A DNA stretch of 64,000 nucleotides, taken from the NCBI GenBank assembly GCA_965203175.1, contig OZ241867.1:3520001-3584000 (forward strand), written 5' to 3'. Both the position numbers and the translations under genes were made by a program. The notes below the pieces were generated by a model, which searched no databases, had not been told where the DNA came from, and worked only from the letters and a program-made list of their open reading frames with translations. This stretch comes from Candidatus Latescibacterota bacterium. GTDB lineage: Bacteria; Latescibacterota; UBA2968; UBA8231. Below, piece after piece: positions 47,538 through 58,079 of this stretch (within the stretch, counting starts at the first letter, position 1; every line of letters begins with the position of its first letter).

Positions 47538-50408
47538 TTAATAGGTGAAAGTAAAAATGACACAGACCGCTGGCGCTTACTTGGGATCGAACCAATTAGC
47601 TATCCGCAATCAAGCGAGGACGATCATAACATACTCTACGTGGGCGTCCGTGGTTTAGCCGACCTTGTCCAGCGCAGTGTCCTCGACTGGCAAGGCAAAA
47701 TTACTGAGATCGCGCAAAAACCACCTCCCCTTGAGGAGGAAATAGCCGACCTCATTGAGGATGCGCTTGAGGACGCCACGAGAACCCGGTTCTTCACCGA
47801 AGCGGCTTCAGATCCCAAATGGATTGATTGGCTCGACAGACGCGGACATCTAAATGCACTATTCGGCGACGAGACGCTCAGCAAGCGGGATAAAATCTTC
47901 TCTAAGTGGTTAGCCCAACAATTTGCATACAACCATGCTGATGCGCTGCTCCTGCTGATTGGCAAGCACAATATGCGCCTGCCTCCGCAACTCTGGTTCG
48001 ATTTGGGGAGAAAAATCTGGGAGGATGAAGATTTTTCGCTGGCTAGAGACGCTTTGTCTCGTTGGATTTCGCTCTTGCTTACTACCATTCCGGTGAATAG
48101 AAGTTCATATGCGTTTCTATTGAAAATAGGCGAGCATTGTATTAAGCGAGGCATGTTGGACAGTCTCTCGCAGATATTCAATGCAATGGCGGGAAGCCGC
48201 TTGCTTCTCAAGAAGGGTTTCGTTTGGCCCGATGCGAATGCGGGCGATGTGAACGCACCGGTTGATGTAGAATTGCCGCTGCTCGGCAATCACCACGCAC
48301 TAAATGAACTGTGGGAGAAAGGTCTGAAACCAAATTTATCTCAAATAGCCGAACCTGTATTTGAGCGGGTTATAAGACATATAGAAGAACAGTACCTCAC
48401 ACAAAATGCTTGGCAGAAGGCGAGTCGTGAGTGGGAAAGAGTAAGCTATAGGCGCTCTGCTATTGAGCCTCACGAGTTGGATAGTCACTCTCAAGCGGTT
48501 GACGTGTTGATCGATGCAGCACGAGACTGTCTTGAATGGTTGATCCTGAATCAAGCAGGTGCAGCGGCGCAGTGGTGTATCCGTCTTGCAAACTCGGATG
48601 CGCCACTGCTACGCCGCCTAGCGGTGCATGGGATATCCGAACGAAAAGACCTGACAGCAGATGATAAAACCGATTGGCTGCTAAAACATATAAATATACA
48701 CGAATTGCCTGTTCACCACGAAGTATTTCGGGCAGTACGGCTAGCTTACCCCAAGGCTAGCCCGGAACTCCGAGAGAACCTCATTGAAACCGTGTGGACC
48801 TATCGTTGGCCGAACGAGGAAGACCCCGACAGGGAAAGTCATACCGCATATCAGTATTTCAACTGGTTTTATTGGCTCCATAAATCAGATCTCAATTGTA
48901 CCATAGCTAAGCAAGCCTTGGATGAGATACAGGAGGAGTACCCAGACTTCAAACCAAGAGAGCATCCAGACCTGACTCATTGGAGTGGTCCAGTCCAGGA
49001 TGTCGTTATGCAAGGCCCTTGGACTGTTGAAGAGCTACTGGCAAAATCGGCTGCGGATTGGCTTGGCGACTTGTTGTCTTTCCAAAGCACTGAATTAAAT
49101 GGGCGCGATTTTTTGGGACTCAGGCGTGATGTCGCAGAAGCTGCAAGACAAAATTTTGATTGGGGTCTTGAGTTGGCCGACGCATTGGCTAAGGATGGAG
49201 AGTGGGACGTTCACTTCTGGGCCGACTTGATACACGCTTGGTCAGAGATGGAGTTGGATGAAGACGAGTATCGTAAAGTGCTTCACTGGCTAGGCAAGGC
49301 CGAGTTGTATCCAAAACACAATCGTGAGATCGCCAGTATGCTTCATGCGCTGGTGAAGGATGGAGGTACTTCCTATGCCTTGAATATACTTTCGCAGGCT
49401 AACAAGACCGCTGTGGCTTTGTGGCATCACTTTGATCGGACTGAGCAGATCGAGAGAACGGACAACTGGCTAGACATAGCCATTAACCATCCTACGGGAA
49501 TCCTTACCGAATTCTGGCTGAAGGGGCTCTCCCTATGGCGAAAGCAACAAGACCCTGAACTCATGAGTATCAGTGACGAGTACCGCATGGCACTATCAAA
49601 CATAGTGCAGGACCAGGAGCTACAGGGCAAACTGGGGCGGACTATTCTCGCGAGTCAATTTGGATTTCTCTTGGCCGTTGATGAGGCATGGACTCGGGAG
49701 AACCTGCTGCCGCTTTTTGATCCTGATAGCGATGACTTCCAAGCTGCTTGGAACGGCTTTCTGATTTGGGGAACCCTCAATCTTGCCGTGGCCGACGCTA
49801 TGGCCTACCTATTCCTCAAGGCTGTTGAGAGGATCGATGACAACCTCTCTAGTAAGCGCGACCGATTTATCAAATATTATATCTCTATGCTTGCGTACTT
49901 CGCTGAAGATCCTATTGGGCAATGGATTCCCGCGTTTTTCCAATGTCGTGGTCAAGAGGCTAAGAACCATTTTGCAGAAGAAGTGGGATATTGTCTGGGG
50001 GATCTAGATGAAGCAGAGCAACGAGAATGGTGGCGGCGTTGGCTTAAGCAATATTGGGAGCATCGCTTACAAGGTGTGCCGGCTGGTACCGTCCTTGAGG
50101 CTGGTGAGATCAAATACATGCTTGGCTGGTTGCCACGCTTGACCTCAGTATTTCCCGAGGCCGTTGATTTAGCAGTTCAGATGCCACCAACCCCATTGCA
50201 GGACTACTGGGTGATACATAAACTAGAAGAAGGCGATCTATGGCGGAGTCATCCCGAAGAGGTAGCGAAATTGTTGGTTCATTGGGGGAAGTGTGATTTA
50301 CAGGAAGAAGCATGGTTTTCAGGGGTGAAACTAATCAATAAGCTCCTTCAGTTGGACATTTCATCGGAACTCAAACAGCAACTGAAGGAACTGAAAGTTC
50401 AACTGTAG
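47538..50408 (+). pseudogene. DUF4020-type large helical protein (usually SIR2-fused), 5' truncated at the IS
   Basis: Frame open right up to the IS end (LIGE...RWRLLGIEPISYP); RSAIEPHE, AINHP.G, AAWNGFL and WL..YW..R.QG.P motifs recalled from SIR2-DUF4020 proteins. Confidence 0.72.
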
Positions 50409-50577
50409 CTATGTGCAGATTGCTGAATCTCCACCGGCCCTAAACTCCTCACATAGATAAAGAAATCCGGTACTATAGCTTACAGGGCCCAAAACTCGGG
50501 TGCCCGCCGGCGTTTCTGCAAGAATAAGGGGAGTAATTGATACGAGACGATTCGTAGATAACCCCAGGAGAAGCGAC

Positions 50578-50838
50578 ATGAGCCGAGTAGATTTTCAGTT
50601 GCCCGATACAGTCTTTGAACGGCTACAAAAACTGGCTGCCCGCACGGGACGCAGCGAAACCGAATATATGATTGAGGCTATCCGAGAGTATCTGGATGAC
50701 CTCGAAGATTTGCATCTTGCCGAACAACGACTGAAAGACATTCACGAGGGGAAATCTCAGACCGTGCCTCTTGAGAAGGTCATGAAAGAGCATAGGCTTG
50801 GCAGATTGAGCTTGCCAAGGACGCCGAGCGCGAATTGA
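50578..50838 (+). CDS. RHH antitoxin (RelB/TraY/DUF6290-like), last codons frameshifted
   Basis: RLQKLAARTGRS..Y...AI.EYLDDLEDLHLAEQRL...G...TVPLE.V motif. Confidence 0.85.
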   Translation: MSRVDFQLPDTVFERLQKLAARTGRSETEYMIEAIREYLDDLEDLHLAEQRLKDIHEGKSQTVPLEKVMKEHRLGRLSLPRTPSAN

Positions 50839-50861
50839 GAAGAATAGATCGACAAGCGGCA
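50792..50861 (+). pseudogene. RelE toxin N-terminal remnant
   Basis: AWQIELAKDAERELRRIDRQAA; ATG disrupted by an inserted A at 50794; remainder deleted. Confidence 0.7.
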
Positions 50862-50880
50862 ATGAAAAGGAGATGGACTC

Positions 50881-51123
50881 GTGATCAAGTCAACTCTAAC
50901 CGATAAATGGCAAACCACCATCCCGGTCGAAGTCCGCAAGGCGCTCCACCTCAAGCCTCGGCAGCAGCTCATCTACGAGTTGACTGACGGTGCCGTTTTG
51001 GTGAAGCCCCAGCCCGAAACGCTCAAGGATCTATATGGCTGTCTTGTAGATGGCAAACCCTCTGCTTCCAAATCCGAGGAACGAGAGACAGCACGCAAAG
51101 CAAGAGCGGTCAGATACGAATGA
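50881..51123 (+). CDS. AbrB/MazE/SpoVT family antitoxin (orphan)
   Basis: STLTDKWQTTIPVEVRKALHLKP...L.G.L motif; RBS AAGGAG. Confidence 0.85.
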   Translation: MIKSTLTDKWQTTIPVEVRKALHLKPRQQLIYELTDGAVLVKPQPETLKDLYGCLVDGKPSASKSEERETARKARAVRYE

Positions 51124-51192
51124 TCAAGTATCTCAAACGGCGCTCGCCATGAACGCTCATCAAGGTACTCGCCGCCATTTGCCCGCCTCAAA

Positions 51193-52110
51193 ATGAACTC
51201 TTTCCGCAACAACCGCCTACGCGACCATGAAACACCTCTGAGCACGGTGTGGCTGCTCAACGACATCGCCGAGTCAAAGGGCAAACAGGAGCTATTCACA
51301 CGCCATTCGCCACAAGCCCTCAAAGCACTTCGCGACATGGCTGTCATTCAGAGCGCTGAATCCTCCAACCGCATTGAGGGCGTGACGGTCGCCCAAGCTC
51401 GCCTTTATCCGCTGGTGCTCGGCCAAGCGAAACCCCGTGACCGCTCCGAGCAGGAGGTGCAGGACTATCGCCGTGCCTTGAACGAAATTCACTCCGACTA
51501 CGCCGCGCTTTCTATCACGCCGGACACCCTGCAACGCCTACATGCCCTTTGCCAATCCGCCAGCGGCGATGCGGGTCAATTCAAACAAGTCGATAACGAC
51601 ATTGTGGAATTCCTGCCCGGACAGGCCCCGGTCGTTCGGTTCCGCTGTGTGAAGGCTGCGGAGACTCCGGCGGCTGTAGAAGAACTCTGCCAGCATTATC
51701 AGCACGCCCTCGACCAAGAGAATATCCCGCCGCTCATCGCCATCGCCGCCCTCGTCTTGGATTTTCTTTGCATCCATCCTTTCCGGGACGGCAACGGCCG
51801 CGTGTCTCGACTGCTTACTCTGTTGGCGCTCTATCAGCACGGCTACGAGGTTGGTATTTACATCAGCTTGGAACGCCTCATTGAGGAATCTCAGGAGGAC
51901 TACTACGAATGCCTCCGGCTCAGTTCCCACCGCTGGCACGATGGCAAACAGGAACTGACGCCTTGGTCCAACTTCATCTTCGCGATCATCCGCCGTGCTT
52001 ACATCGAATTGGAAAAACGCGCCGGTCAGATCAAGGCCCACGGGGTGCCAAGTCCAAGCGGATACTCGCCACCATTCGCGCCCAACCGGGCGAATTCCGT
52101 TATTCAATAA
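51193..52110 (+). CDS. Fic family protein (class II), C-terminus frameshifted and truncated
   Basis: HPFRDGNGRVSR and inhibitory SNRIEG motifs; tail PRGAKSKRIL...GEFR lies in another frame. Confidence 0.88.
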   Translation: MNSFRNNRLRDHETPLSTVWLLNDIAESKGKQELFTRHSPQALKALRDMAVIQSAESSNRIEGVTVAQARLYPLVLGQAKPRDRSEQEVQDYRRALNEIHSDYAALSITPDTLQRLHALCQSASGDAGQFKQVDNDIVEFLPGQAPVVRFRCVKAAETPAAVEELCQHYQHALDQENIPPLIAIAALVLDFLCIHPFRDGNGRVSRLLTLLALYQHGYEVGIYISLERLIEESQEDYYECLRLSSHRWHDGKQELTPWSNFIFAIIRRAYIELEKRAGQIKAHGVPSPSGYSPPFAPNRANSVIQ

Positions 52111-52144
52111 CGGATCACATCCCAATTCCTAACCAAGAGTATCC

Positions 52145-53155
52145 ATGACCACCCTGTTCGTCACCGGCGGTGCCGGTTTCATCGGCTCCAATTTCATTCG
52201 CTACTGGCTATCGACCTATCCCGACGACCGCATTGTCAACTACGACCTGCTCACCTACGCCGGCAATTTGGCCAGCCTGCAGGATGTGGAAGAAAACTAC
52301 GGCGACCGCTACACCTTTGTCCGCGGCGACATCCAGAATGCCGATCTGACCCGCCACCTCTTTGAGGTCCACCGCCCAGACTACGTGGTCAACTTTGCCG
52401 CAGAATCGCACAACAGCTTGGCCATTGTCAATCCTTCGGCCTTTTTCCAGACCAATGTCGTGGGGACGCAAAAGCTGTTGCAGGCCGCGGCTGATGCCCA
52501 AGTGCCGCGCTTCCACCACATTTCTACCTGCGAAGTGTACGGCGATCTGGCCCTCGACTCGGACGAGTCCTTCAGTGAGGAATCACCCTACCGGCCGCGC
52601 ACTCCGTACAACGCGGCCAAGGCCGCCGCAGACCTAGCCGTGCGCGCTTATGGCCACACCTTTGGCCTACCCGTGACGCTGTCGAACTGCTCCAACAACT
52701 TCGGTCCCTATCAATTCCCGGAGAAAGTCATCCCCTTCTTCTTCGTCCGCCTGCTCACCGGCCAGAAGATGCCGCTGTACAAATCCAGCCAGAACCGCCG
52801 CGAGTGGCTCCACGTCGATGACCACTGCCGGGCCATCGACTTAGTGTTAAAAAAGGGCGAGATCGGCGAGACGTACAATGTTGGCAGCGGCATTGAAAAA
52901 GACGTCGAAACCATTGCCGACCTGATCCTCGACGCCTTGGGAATGGACGCTGCGCACAAAACCTACGTCGATGACCGGCCCGGCCACGACCGGCGCTACC
53001 TACTCGATTCGAGCAAAATCCGCACCCAACTAGGCTGGGAACCGCAAGTCGATTTTGCCCAGAGCTTCCGCGATACAGTCCACTGGTACCGCGACAACGA
53101 AGCGTGGTGGCGTCCCCTGCTGAAGAAAATCCAAGTCCGCGAAGAGGGCTGGTAA
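52145..53155 (+). CDS. rfbB: dTDP-glucose 4,6-dehydratase
   Basis: TGGAGFIGSNF, LTYAGNL, AAESH, YNAAK, GPYQFPEK and DRPGHDRRY motifs. Confidence 0.92.
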   Translation: MTTLFVTGGAGFIGSNFIRYWLSTYPDDRIVNYDLLTYAGNLASLQDVEENYGDRYTFVRGDIQNADLTRHLFEVHRPDYVVNFAAESHNSLAIVNPSAFFQTNVVGTQKLLQAAADAQVPRFHHISTCEVYGDLALDSDESFSEESPYRPRTPYNAAKAAADLAVRAYGHTFGLPVTLSNCSNNFGPYQFPEKVIPFFFVRLLTGQKMPLYKSSQNRREWLHVDDHCRAIDLVLKKGEIGETYNVGSGIEKDVETIADLILDALGMDAAHKTYVDDRPGHDRRYLLDSSKIRTQLGWEPQVDFAQSFRDTVHWYRDNEAWWRPLLKKIQVREEGW

Positions 53156-53194
53156 GGGCCTCTTTCTGAACTACTGACGCTGCGCACGATCACC

Positions 53195-53229
53195 TAGGTA
53201 TGGGATGCTTCGCTCCGCTCAGCATGACA
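53195..53229 (+). repeat. Dispersed 35-bp intergenic REP-like repeat, copy 2
   Basis: 34/35 identical to 13634-13668. Confidence 0.85.
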
Positions 53230-53297
53230 GGAGAGGCTGGCATACGGACAGGATGATGCGTAACATCAGTGAATTAGTGAACCATAAACGAGGTAGT

Positions 53298-55280
53298 ATG
53301 AGTACTGATTCCTTTGCAGAAATCGTCGGCCAGACCGATGATGAAATCTATCAAATCCGCACACGCGCTCCTGGCCCCAGCGGCAAGCTGCCGCTGACCA
53401 TAGAGCAAGTAGTAGAAGCGCCGAGCGGCCACATCTTTGGCTACAGCCAGAACGCGGGGATGGGCTGGAACCCCGACGAATTGGGCCGGGGAGAATTCCT
53501 CATCGTCAGCACGCAGGGCGGCATCCGCGCCCCTGATGGCCGGCCGATCGCGCTGGGCTACCACACCGGCCACTGGGAAATCGGCCTGCTGATGGAAGCA
53601 GCGGCCGAGGAAATACACCGCCGGGGCGGCATTCCCTTTGCCGCCTATTGTTCGGACCCGTGCGATGGCCGCACGCAGGGTACGACGGGCATGTTCGATA
53701 GCTTGCCGTACCGCAACGACGCGGCCATGATCCTGCGTCGCTTGATCCGCTCGTTACCGACGCGGCGCGGCGTGATGGGCGTGGGCACCTGCGACAAGGG
53801 ATTGCCGGCGGTCCTCATTGCCCTAGCGGGTACGCCAGACCTGCCGGTCATTGTCGTGCCTGGCGGGGTGACCCTGCCGCCGGAAGAAGGTGAGGACGCG
53901 GGCAAAATCCAATCGGCGGGTTCGCGGCTGGCGCAGGGCGAAATGGATATCGACGACTTTCAGGTGCTCGGCTGCCGCGCCTGTGCCACGCCGGGGGGCG
54001 GTTGCCAGTTTTTGGGGACTGCGGCCACGACCCAAGTTGTGGGTGAGGCGATGGGGCTGTCGCTGCCGCATTCGGCGCTGGCTCCTTCGGGAGAAGCGGT
54101 CTGGCGCGATATGGCCGTGCGCTCGGCGCGGGCGCTGATGGCGCTGGAGGCTGCGGGCATTCGCTCGCAGGAGTTGGTCACCGATCAGGCGCTACACAAC
54201 GCCATGGTAGTCCACGCGGCCTTTGGTGGTTCGACGAACTTGATCCTGCACGTGCCAGCTATTGCCCATGCGGCTGGGCGGAAGCGGCCAGAGGTTGAGG
54301 ATTGGGACCGGATCAACCGCGAGGTGCCGCGCTTGGTGGATGTGCTGCCCAACGGCCCTGAGTTCCACGTTACCGTGCGCGCCTTTTTGGCCGGTGGGGT
54401 GCCCGAGGTCATGTTGCACCTGCGCCGCTTGGGGCTGTTGGAAGAGGGGGTGATGACGGTTACGGGCCGCACGCTGGGCGAAAATCTCGACTGGTGGGAG
54501 GATGCACCGCGCCGCCGCCGCTTCCGCGAGGAACTGCGAAAGCTAGACGGGGTGGACCCGGACGACGTGATTATGGACGCCGATCGCGCCCGCTCTAAGG
54601 GTTTGACTAGCACCATTTGTTTCCCGGTCGGCAATATTTCGCCCGAGGGTGCGGTCGTCAAAAGCACGGCCATCGACGCTTCACTGCTGGACGCGCAAGG
54701 GATCTATCGGCACAGGGGGCCGGCGAAGGTTTTTACCACTGAACGCGACACCATCGCCGCGATCAAGGACGGCAAGATCGAGCCGGGCGACGTGCTGGTG
54801 ATGATTAGCTGCGGGCCGATGGGTACGGGGATGGAGGAAGTGGCGCAGGTTACGATTGCGCTCAAATACACGGATATTGGCAAGCGCGTGGCATTGCTTA
54901 CGGACGCGCGGTTTTCGGGGTTTTCCTCCGGCCCTTGTATCGGGCACATCGGCCCGGAGGCCTTGGCTGGCGGGCCGATCGGCAAGCTACGGGACGGCGA
55001 TTTGATCGCCATTGAAATCGACTGCCACAACCTGCGCGGACGCATCGACTTAGTCGGCTGCGAAGGCGAAGAGTTTGGCGCAGAGGAAGGCCAGCGGGTG
55101 CTGGCCGAACGCACCTTGCGCCCCGACCTTGCACCCGAAGCGGAGTTGCCCGACGACACTAAGCTGTGGGCGGCACTGCAAAACGTCGGTGGTGGCACTT
55201 GGGGTGGTTGCGTCTATGACGTGGACGCGATTGTCGCCACGCTTGAGGCGGGTCGCGCGGCACTAAAGGAGACGTCGTGA
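53298..55280 (+). CDS. YjhG/YagF family D-xylonate dehydratase (IlvD/Edd family)
   Basis: [36 protein letters not shown] and [11 protein letters not shown] motifs. Confidence 0.92.
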   Translation: MSTDSFAEIVGQTDDEIYQIRTRAPGPSGKLPLTIEQVVEAPSGHIFGYSQNAGMGWNPDELGRGEFLIVSTQGGIRAPDGRPIALGYHTGHWEIGLLMEAAAEEIHRRGGIPFAAYCSDPCDGRTQGTTGMFDSLPYRNDAAMILRRLIRSLPTRRGVMGVGTCDKGLPAVLIALAGTPDLPVIVVPGGVTLPPEEGEDAGKIQSAGSRLAQGEMDIDDFQVLGCRACATPGGGCQFLGTAATTQVVGEAMGLSLPHSALAPSGEAVWRDMAVRSARALMALEAAGIRSQELVTDQALHNAMVVHAAFGGSTNLILHVPAIAHAAGRKRPEVEDWDRINREVPRLVDVLPNGPEFHVTVRAFLAGGVPEVMLHLRRLGLLEEGVMTVTGRTLGENLDWWEDAPRRRRFREELRKLDGVDPDDVIMDADRARSKGLTSTICFPVGNISPEGAVVKSTAIDASLLDAQGIYRHRGPAKVFTTERDTIAAIKDGKIEPGDVLVMISCGPMGTGMEEVAQVTIALKYTDIGKRVALLTDARFSGFSSGPCIGHIGPEALAGGPIGKLRDGDLIAIEIDCHNLRGRIDLVGCEGEEFGAEEGQRVLAERTLRPDLAPEAELPDDTKLWAALQNVGGGTWGGCVYDVDAIVATLEAGRAALKETS

Positions 55281-55897
55281 ACGGCAAGCAGGTCGTCGTC
55301 GGCATTACTGGAGCTAGTGGTGCGCTCTACGCGGGCCGCCTGCTGCGCGCCCTGCTGATCGGTGGGCACCAAGTGCATCTGGTTTTGTCCAAATACGGGC
55401 GCTACCTGCTCGTCGAAGAGTTGGGTTTCCGTCCCAACAAGGAGAACTTGCGCGCGTTTATAACGAGGTGCTACGGGGAGGAGACCCAAGCTGGTGAACT
55501 GCACGAGTACAATGCCAGCGACCTAGCGGCTCCCATCGCCAGTGGTTCGGTGGCCATCGACGGTATGGTGGTGGTGCCTTGTTCGGTCAAGACGCTGTCG
55601 GGCATTGCTCGCGGGGCGTCTGCGAGCCTGATTGAGCGAGCGGCCGATGTCAGCCTCAAGGAGCGGCGACCGCTAGTGCTGGTGGTGCGCGAGACTCCGC
55701 TCAACTTGATTCAGTTGCGCAATATGACGGCAGCGGCTGAAGCTGGAGCTGTCATTTTGCCGGCCATGCCGGCCTTCTACCAAAAGCCGCAGACCTTTGA
55801 CGATTTGGGTGATTTTATCGCTGGCCGCGTCTGCAACGTGCTGCGGATCGAACATCAACTCTTTCCGCCTTGGCAGGGGCCGGAAGGGAAAAAATAA
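55277..55897 (+). CDS. ubiX: Flavin prenyltransferase UbiX
   Basis: [35 protein letters not shown] and PAFYQKP motifs. Confidence 0.95.
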   Translation: MNGKQVVVGITGASGALYAGRLLRALLIGGHQVHLVLSKYGRYLLVEELGFRPNKENLRAFITRCYGEETQAGELHEYNASDLAAPIASGSVAIDGMVVVPCSVKTLSGIARGASASLIERAADVSLKERRPLVLVVRETPLNLIQLRNMTAAAEAGAVILPAMPAFYQKPQTFDDLGDFIAGRVCNVLRIEHQLFPPWQGPEGKK

Positions 55898-55899
55898 CC

Positions 55900-57363
55900 C
55901 TATATCAGCGACGTTAGCTGGGCGCGGAACAACGCGCGCGGCAGCATGCCTTCGATCAGACGGCCTTCCTCTTTGGCGATGGCGCGACAGACGGTCCACG
56001 GCCCAAAACGGCAGAAGATTTCGCCTTTGAGGCTCGTAGGCGGCTCGCAGTAGAGTGGACGCCCCTCGAACAGGTCTTGTAGTTGAGTCCAGTTCAACTC
56101 GATGCTGGGTCCCTGCATGAGATGTCCCCACAGAGCGACGGTTTGTTGGCTCAGGTAGTGGTAGCCTTTGTGGAGGCGAGCCACCTTCATGCCACCGCGG
56201 ACGAAGTAGGGCAGATGCTCTTGGAGCGCTGGGCCGAGGGCAGGTTGTCGGCACAGGTGGCGGTTGCTGAGGGTGAATATCTGGTCCGAGGGGCAGGGCA
56301 GGGTACCGCTCCACCGGCCTTCGATGGCGCGCCGGGACTCGGCAGCGGCGGGATCAGTCGTTGAGGTAGCCCAATCAGGGGCGTCTCCGAGGCTTGGCGT
56401 CGGTGCGCGTTTGGAGAGGCAAGCGACGAAAGCGCCTTCGGTGTCGTGGTGGTGGGGCCAGATGCGGACGCAGCGGGCGAACTCGGCTGGGAATTGGGCG
56501 GCCAGCGCATCCGGCAACGGTGGTCCTTCAAACTCTGCGATGGGGAGGATCGCGACGTCTTCCTTATAGCGGCGCAACAGCCCGAGGAGCACTTCTTCGT
56601 TTTCCTCCAGCGACAGCGAGCACGTCGAGTACACCAAGGTGCCGCCGGGGCGCAGCATCTGGTAGGCGGCGCGCAAAAGGCCCTTTTGTTGCTGCGCGAG
56701 ATGCTGGGCGTCTTGCGGCGACCAGTAGGTGAGCATGTTCTGGTCTTTGCGCACGATGCCGTCGCCCGAGCACGGCGCATCGACGAGGATGCGGTCGAAA
56801 AAGTTGGGAAAGTAGCGCGTCAGCATGGTCCCTGGGGCTTGGGTCAAGACGTGATTGGCCACTCCGCAGCGCTCCAAATTGCCCACGAGGGCGGGCATGC
56901 GTTTGCGCTGGGGTTCATTAGCCACCAGCAGACCGCTGTTTTGCATGCGAGCGGCAATCTGGGTGGCCTTGCCGCCTGGGGCGGCGCACAGGTCGAGGAC
57001 GCGTTCGCCGGGCTGAGGGGCCAAGACCTCGACGGCTAGCATGGGGGCCTTGGCTTGGACGTAATACGCGCCCATGGCGTGTTCAATGGTTTGGCCGAGA
57101 CTGGCGTCGCCCTCCGGTAAGGCGAAGCCCTCGCTGCACCAGGGCACGCTTTGGCCGCGCTGGTCCAAGTGGAGTCGCACGTGTTGCGCTTGGGCTTGGA
57201 GTGCGTTCAAGCGAAGCGAAGCTGGAGGAGGCGTGCGCGAGCACTGATAAAAGGCCGCACGCTCTTCGTCGTTGGGCAGCAGGCGGCCGATGTACTGGAG
57301 CAGGGCCTGTAATTTATCCGGGTCGTACGCTTTGCGCGTAGATGACGTTGTCTGTTTATTCAT
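55900..57363 (-). CDS. RsmF-like RNA m5C methyltransferase, long form
   Basis: LDLCAAPGGK, LVDAPCSGDG, YSTCSLSLEENE and RIWPHHHDTEGAF motifs. Confidence 0.9.
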   Translation of the reverse strand: MNKQTTSSTRKAYDPDKLQALLQYIGRLLPNDEERAAFYQCSRTPPPASLRLNALQAQAQHVRLHLDQRGQSVPWCSEGFALPEGDASLGQTIEHAMGAYYVQAKAPMLAVEVLAPQPGERVLDLCAAPGGKATQIAARMQNSGLLVANEPQRKRMPALVGNLERCGVANHVLTQAPGTMLTRYFPNFFDRILVDAPCSGDGIVRKDQNMLTYWSPQDAQHLAQQQKGLLRAAYQMLRPGGTLVYSTCSLSLEENEEVLLGLLRRYKEDVAILPIAEFEGPPLPDALAAQFPAEFARCVRIWPHHHDTEGAFVACLSKRAPTPSLGDAPDWATSTTDPAAAESRRAIEGRWSGTLPCPSDQIFTLSNRHLCRQPALGPALQEHLPYFVRGGMKVARLHKGYHYLSQQTVALWGHLMQGPSIELNWTQLQDLFEGRPLYCEPPTSLKGEIFCRFGPWTVCRAIAKEEGRLIEGMLPRALFRAQLTSLI

Positions 57364-57404
57364 CGGGCGGTTAGTCAATAAATATAACGCATACAGCAAG
57401 AGGC

Positions 57405-58079
57405 ATGGGCGTCGCACGCTGCTTCGTCGTCAGCGATCTGCATCTCGGATCGGCTTACTTTTATCATCGCCACTTTTTGTCTTGGCTGGATACCTTGCCT
57501 AAAGGGGTGCCGCTCATACTCAACGGCGACGTCATAGATCGGCCGGGCCAAGCCCTGCCCGACGCCCATCGGGTCGTGTTGGAGCGCCTCGTGTGCGAGT
57601 CGCAATCCCGGCCCGTAATTTGGGTATACGGCAATCGCGATGCCGAGTTCAAGTTGGCTGATTCGGGGCAAATTCGCTTCGTCGATAGCTGGCGGCTCGA
57701 CCAACGGCTGCTCGTAATTCACGGCCACCGGCTCGACCGGCTGATGCCTCGGCACTCAGCGTTTAAGTGGGTTTTCCGCCGCTTGCACCGTTGCCGCATC
57801 TGGCTCGGCGGGCGCGATGCCCACGTGGCCGAGTACGCCAAGAAATGGCCTTTGCTCTACCGGGTACTCAACGAGCACGTAGCGCGCAACGCTCTGCGCG
57901 TGGCGCAGCAGGAGGGGGTTGAAGCCGTGGTCTGCGGGCACACGCACTCGGCTATGGCGATTGAGCGGCAGGGTCGGCGCTATTTCAACACCGGTGCTTG
58001 GACCGAAAAACCCCTCCACTTTCTCGAAGTGGCCCCGGATCGCATAGCCCTGCATACATACGAGGACGACTGTGATTAA
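57405..58079 (+). CDS. Metallophosphoesterase, UDP-2,3-diacylglucosamine diphosphatase (LpxH-like)
   Basis: SDLHLG, NGD, GNRD, HG, GHTH and NTGAW motifs. Confidence 0.8.
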   Translation: MGVARCFVVSDLHLGSAYFYHRHFLSWLDTLPKGVPLILNGDVIDRPGQALPDAHRVVLERLVCESQSRPVIWVYGNRDAEFKLADSGQIRFVDSWRLDQRLLVIHGHRLDRLMPRHSAFKWVFRRLHRCRIWLGGRDAHVAEYAKKWPLLYRVLNEHVARNALRVAQQEGVEAVVCGHTHSAMAIERQGRRYFNTGAWTEKPLHFLEVAPDRIALHTYEDDCD

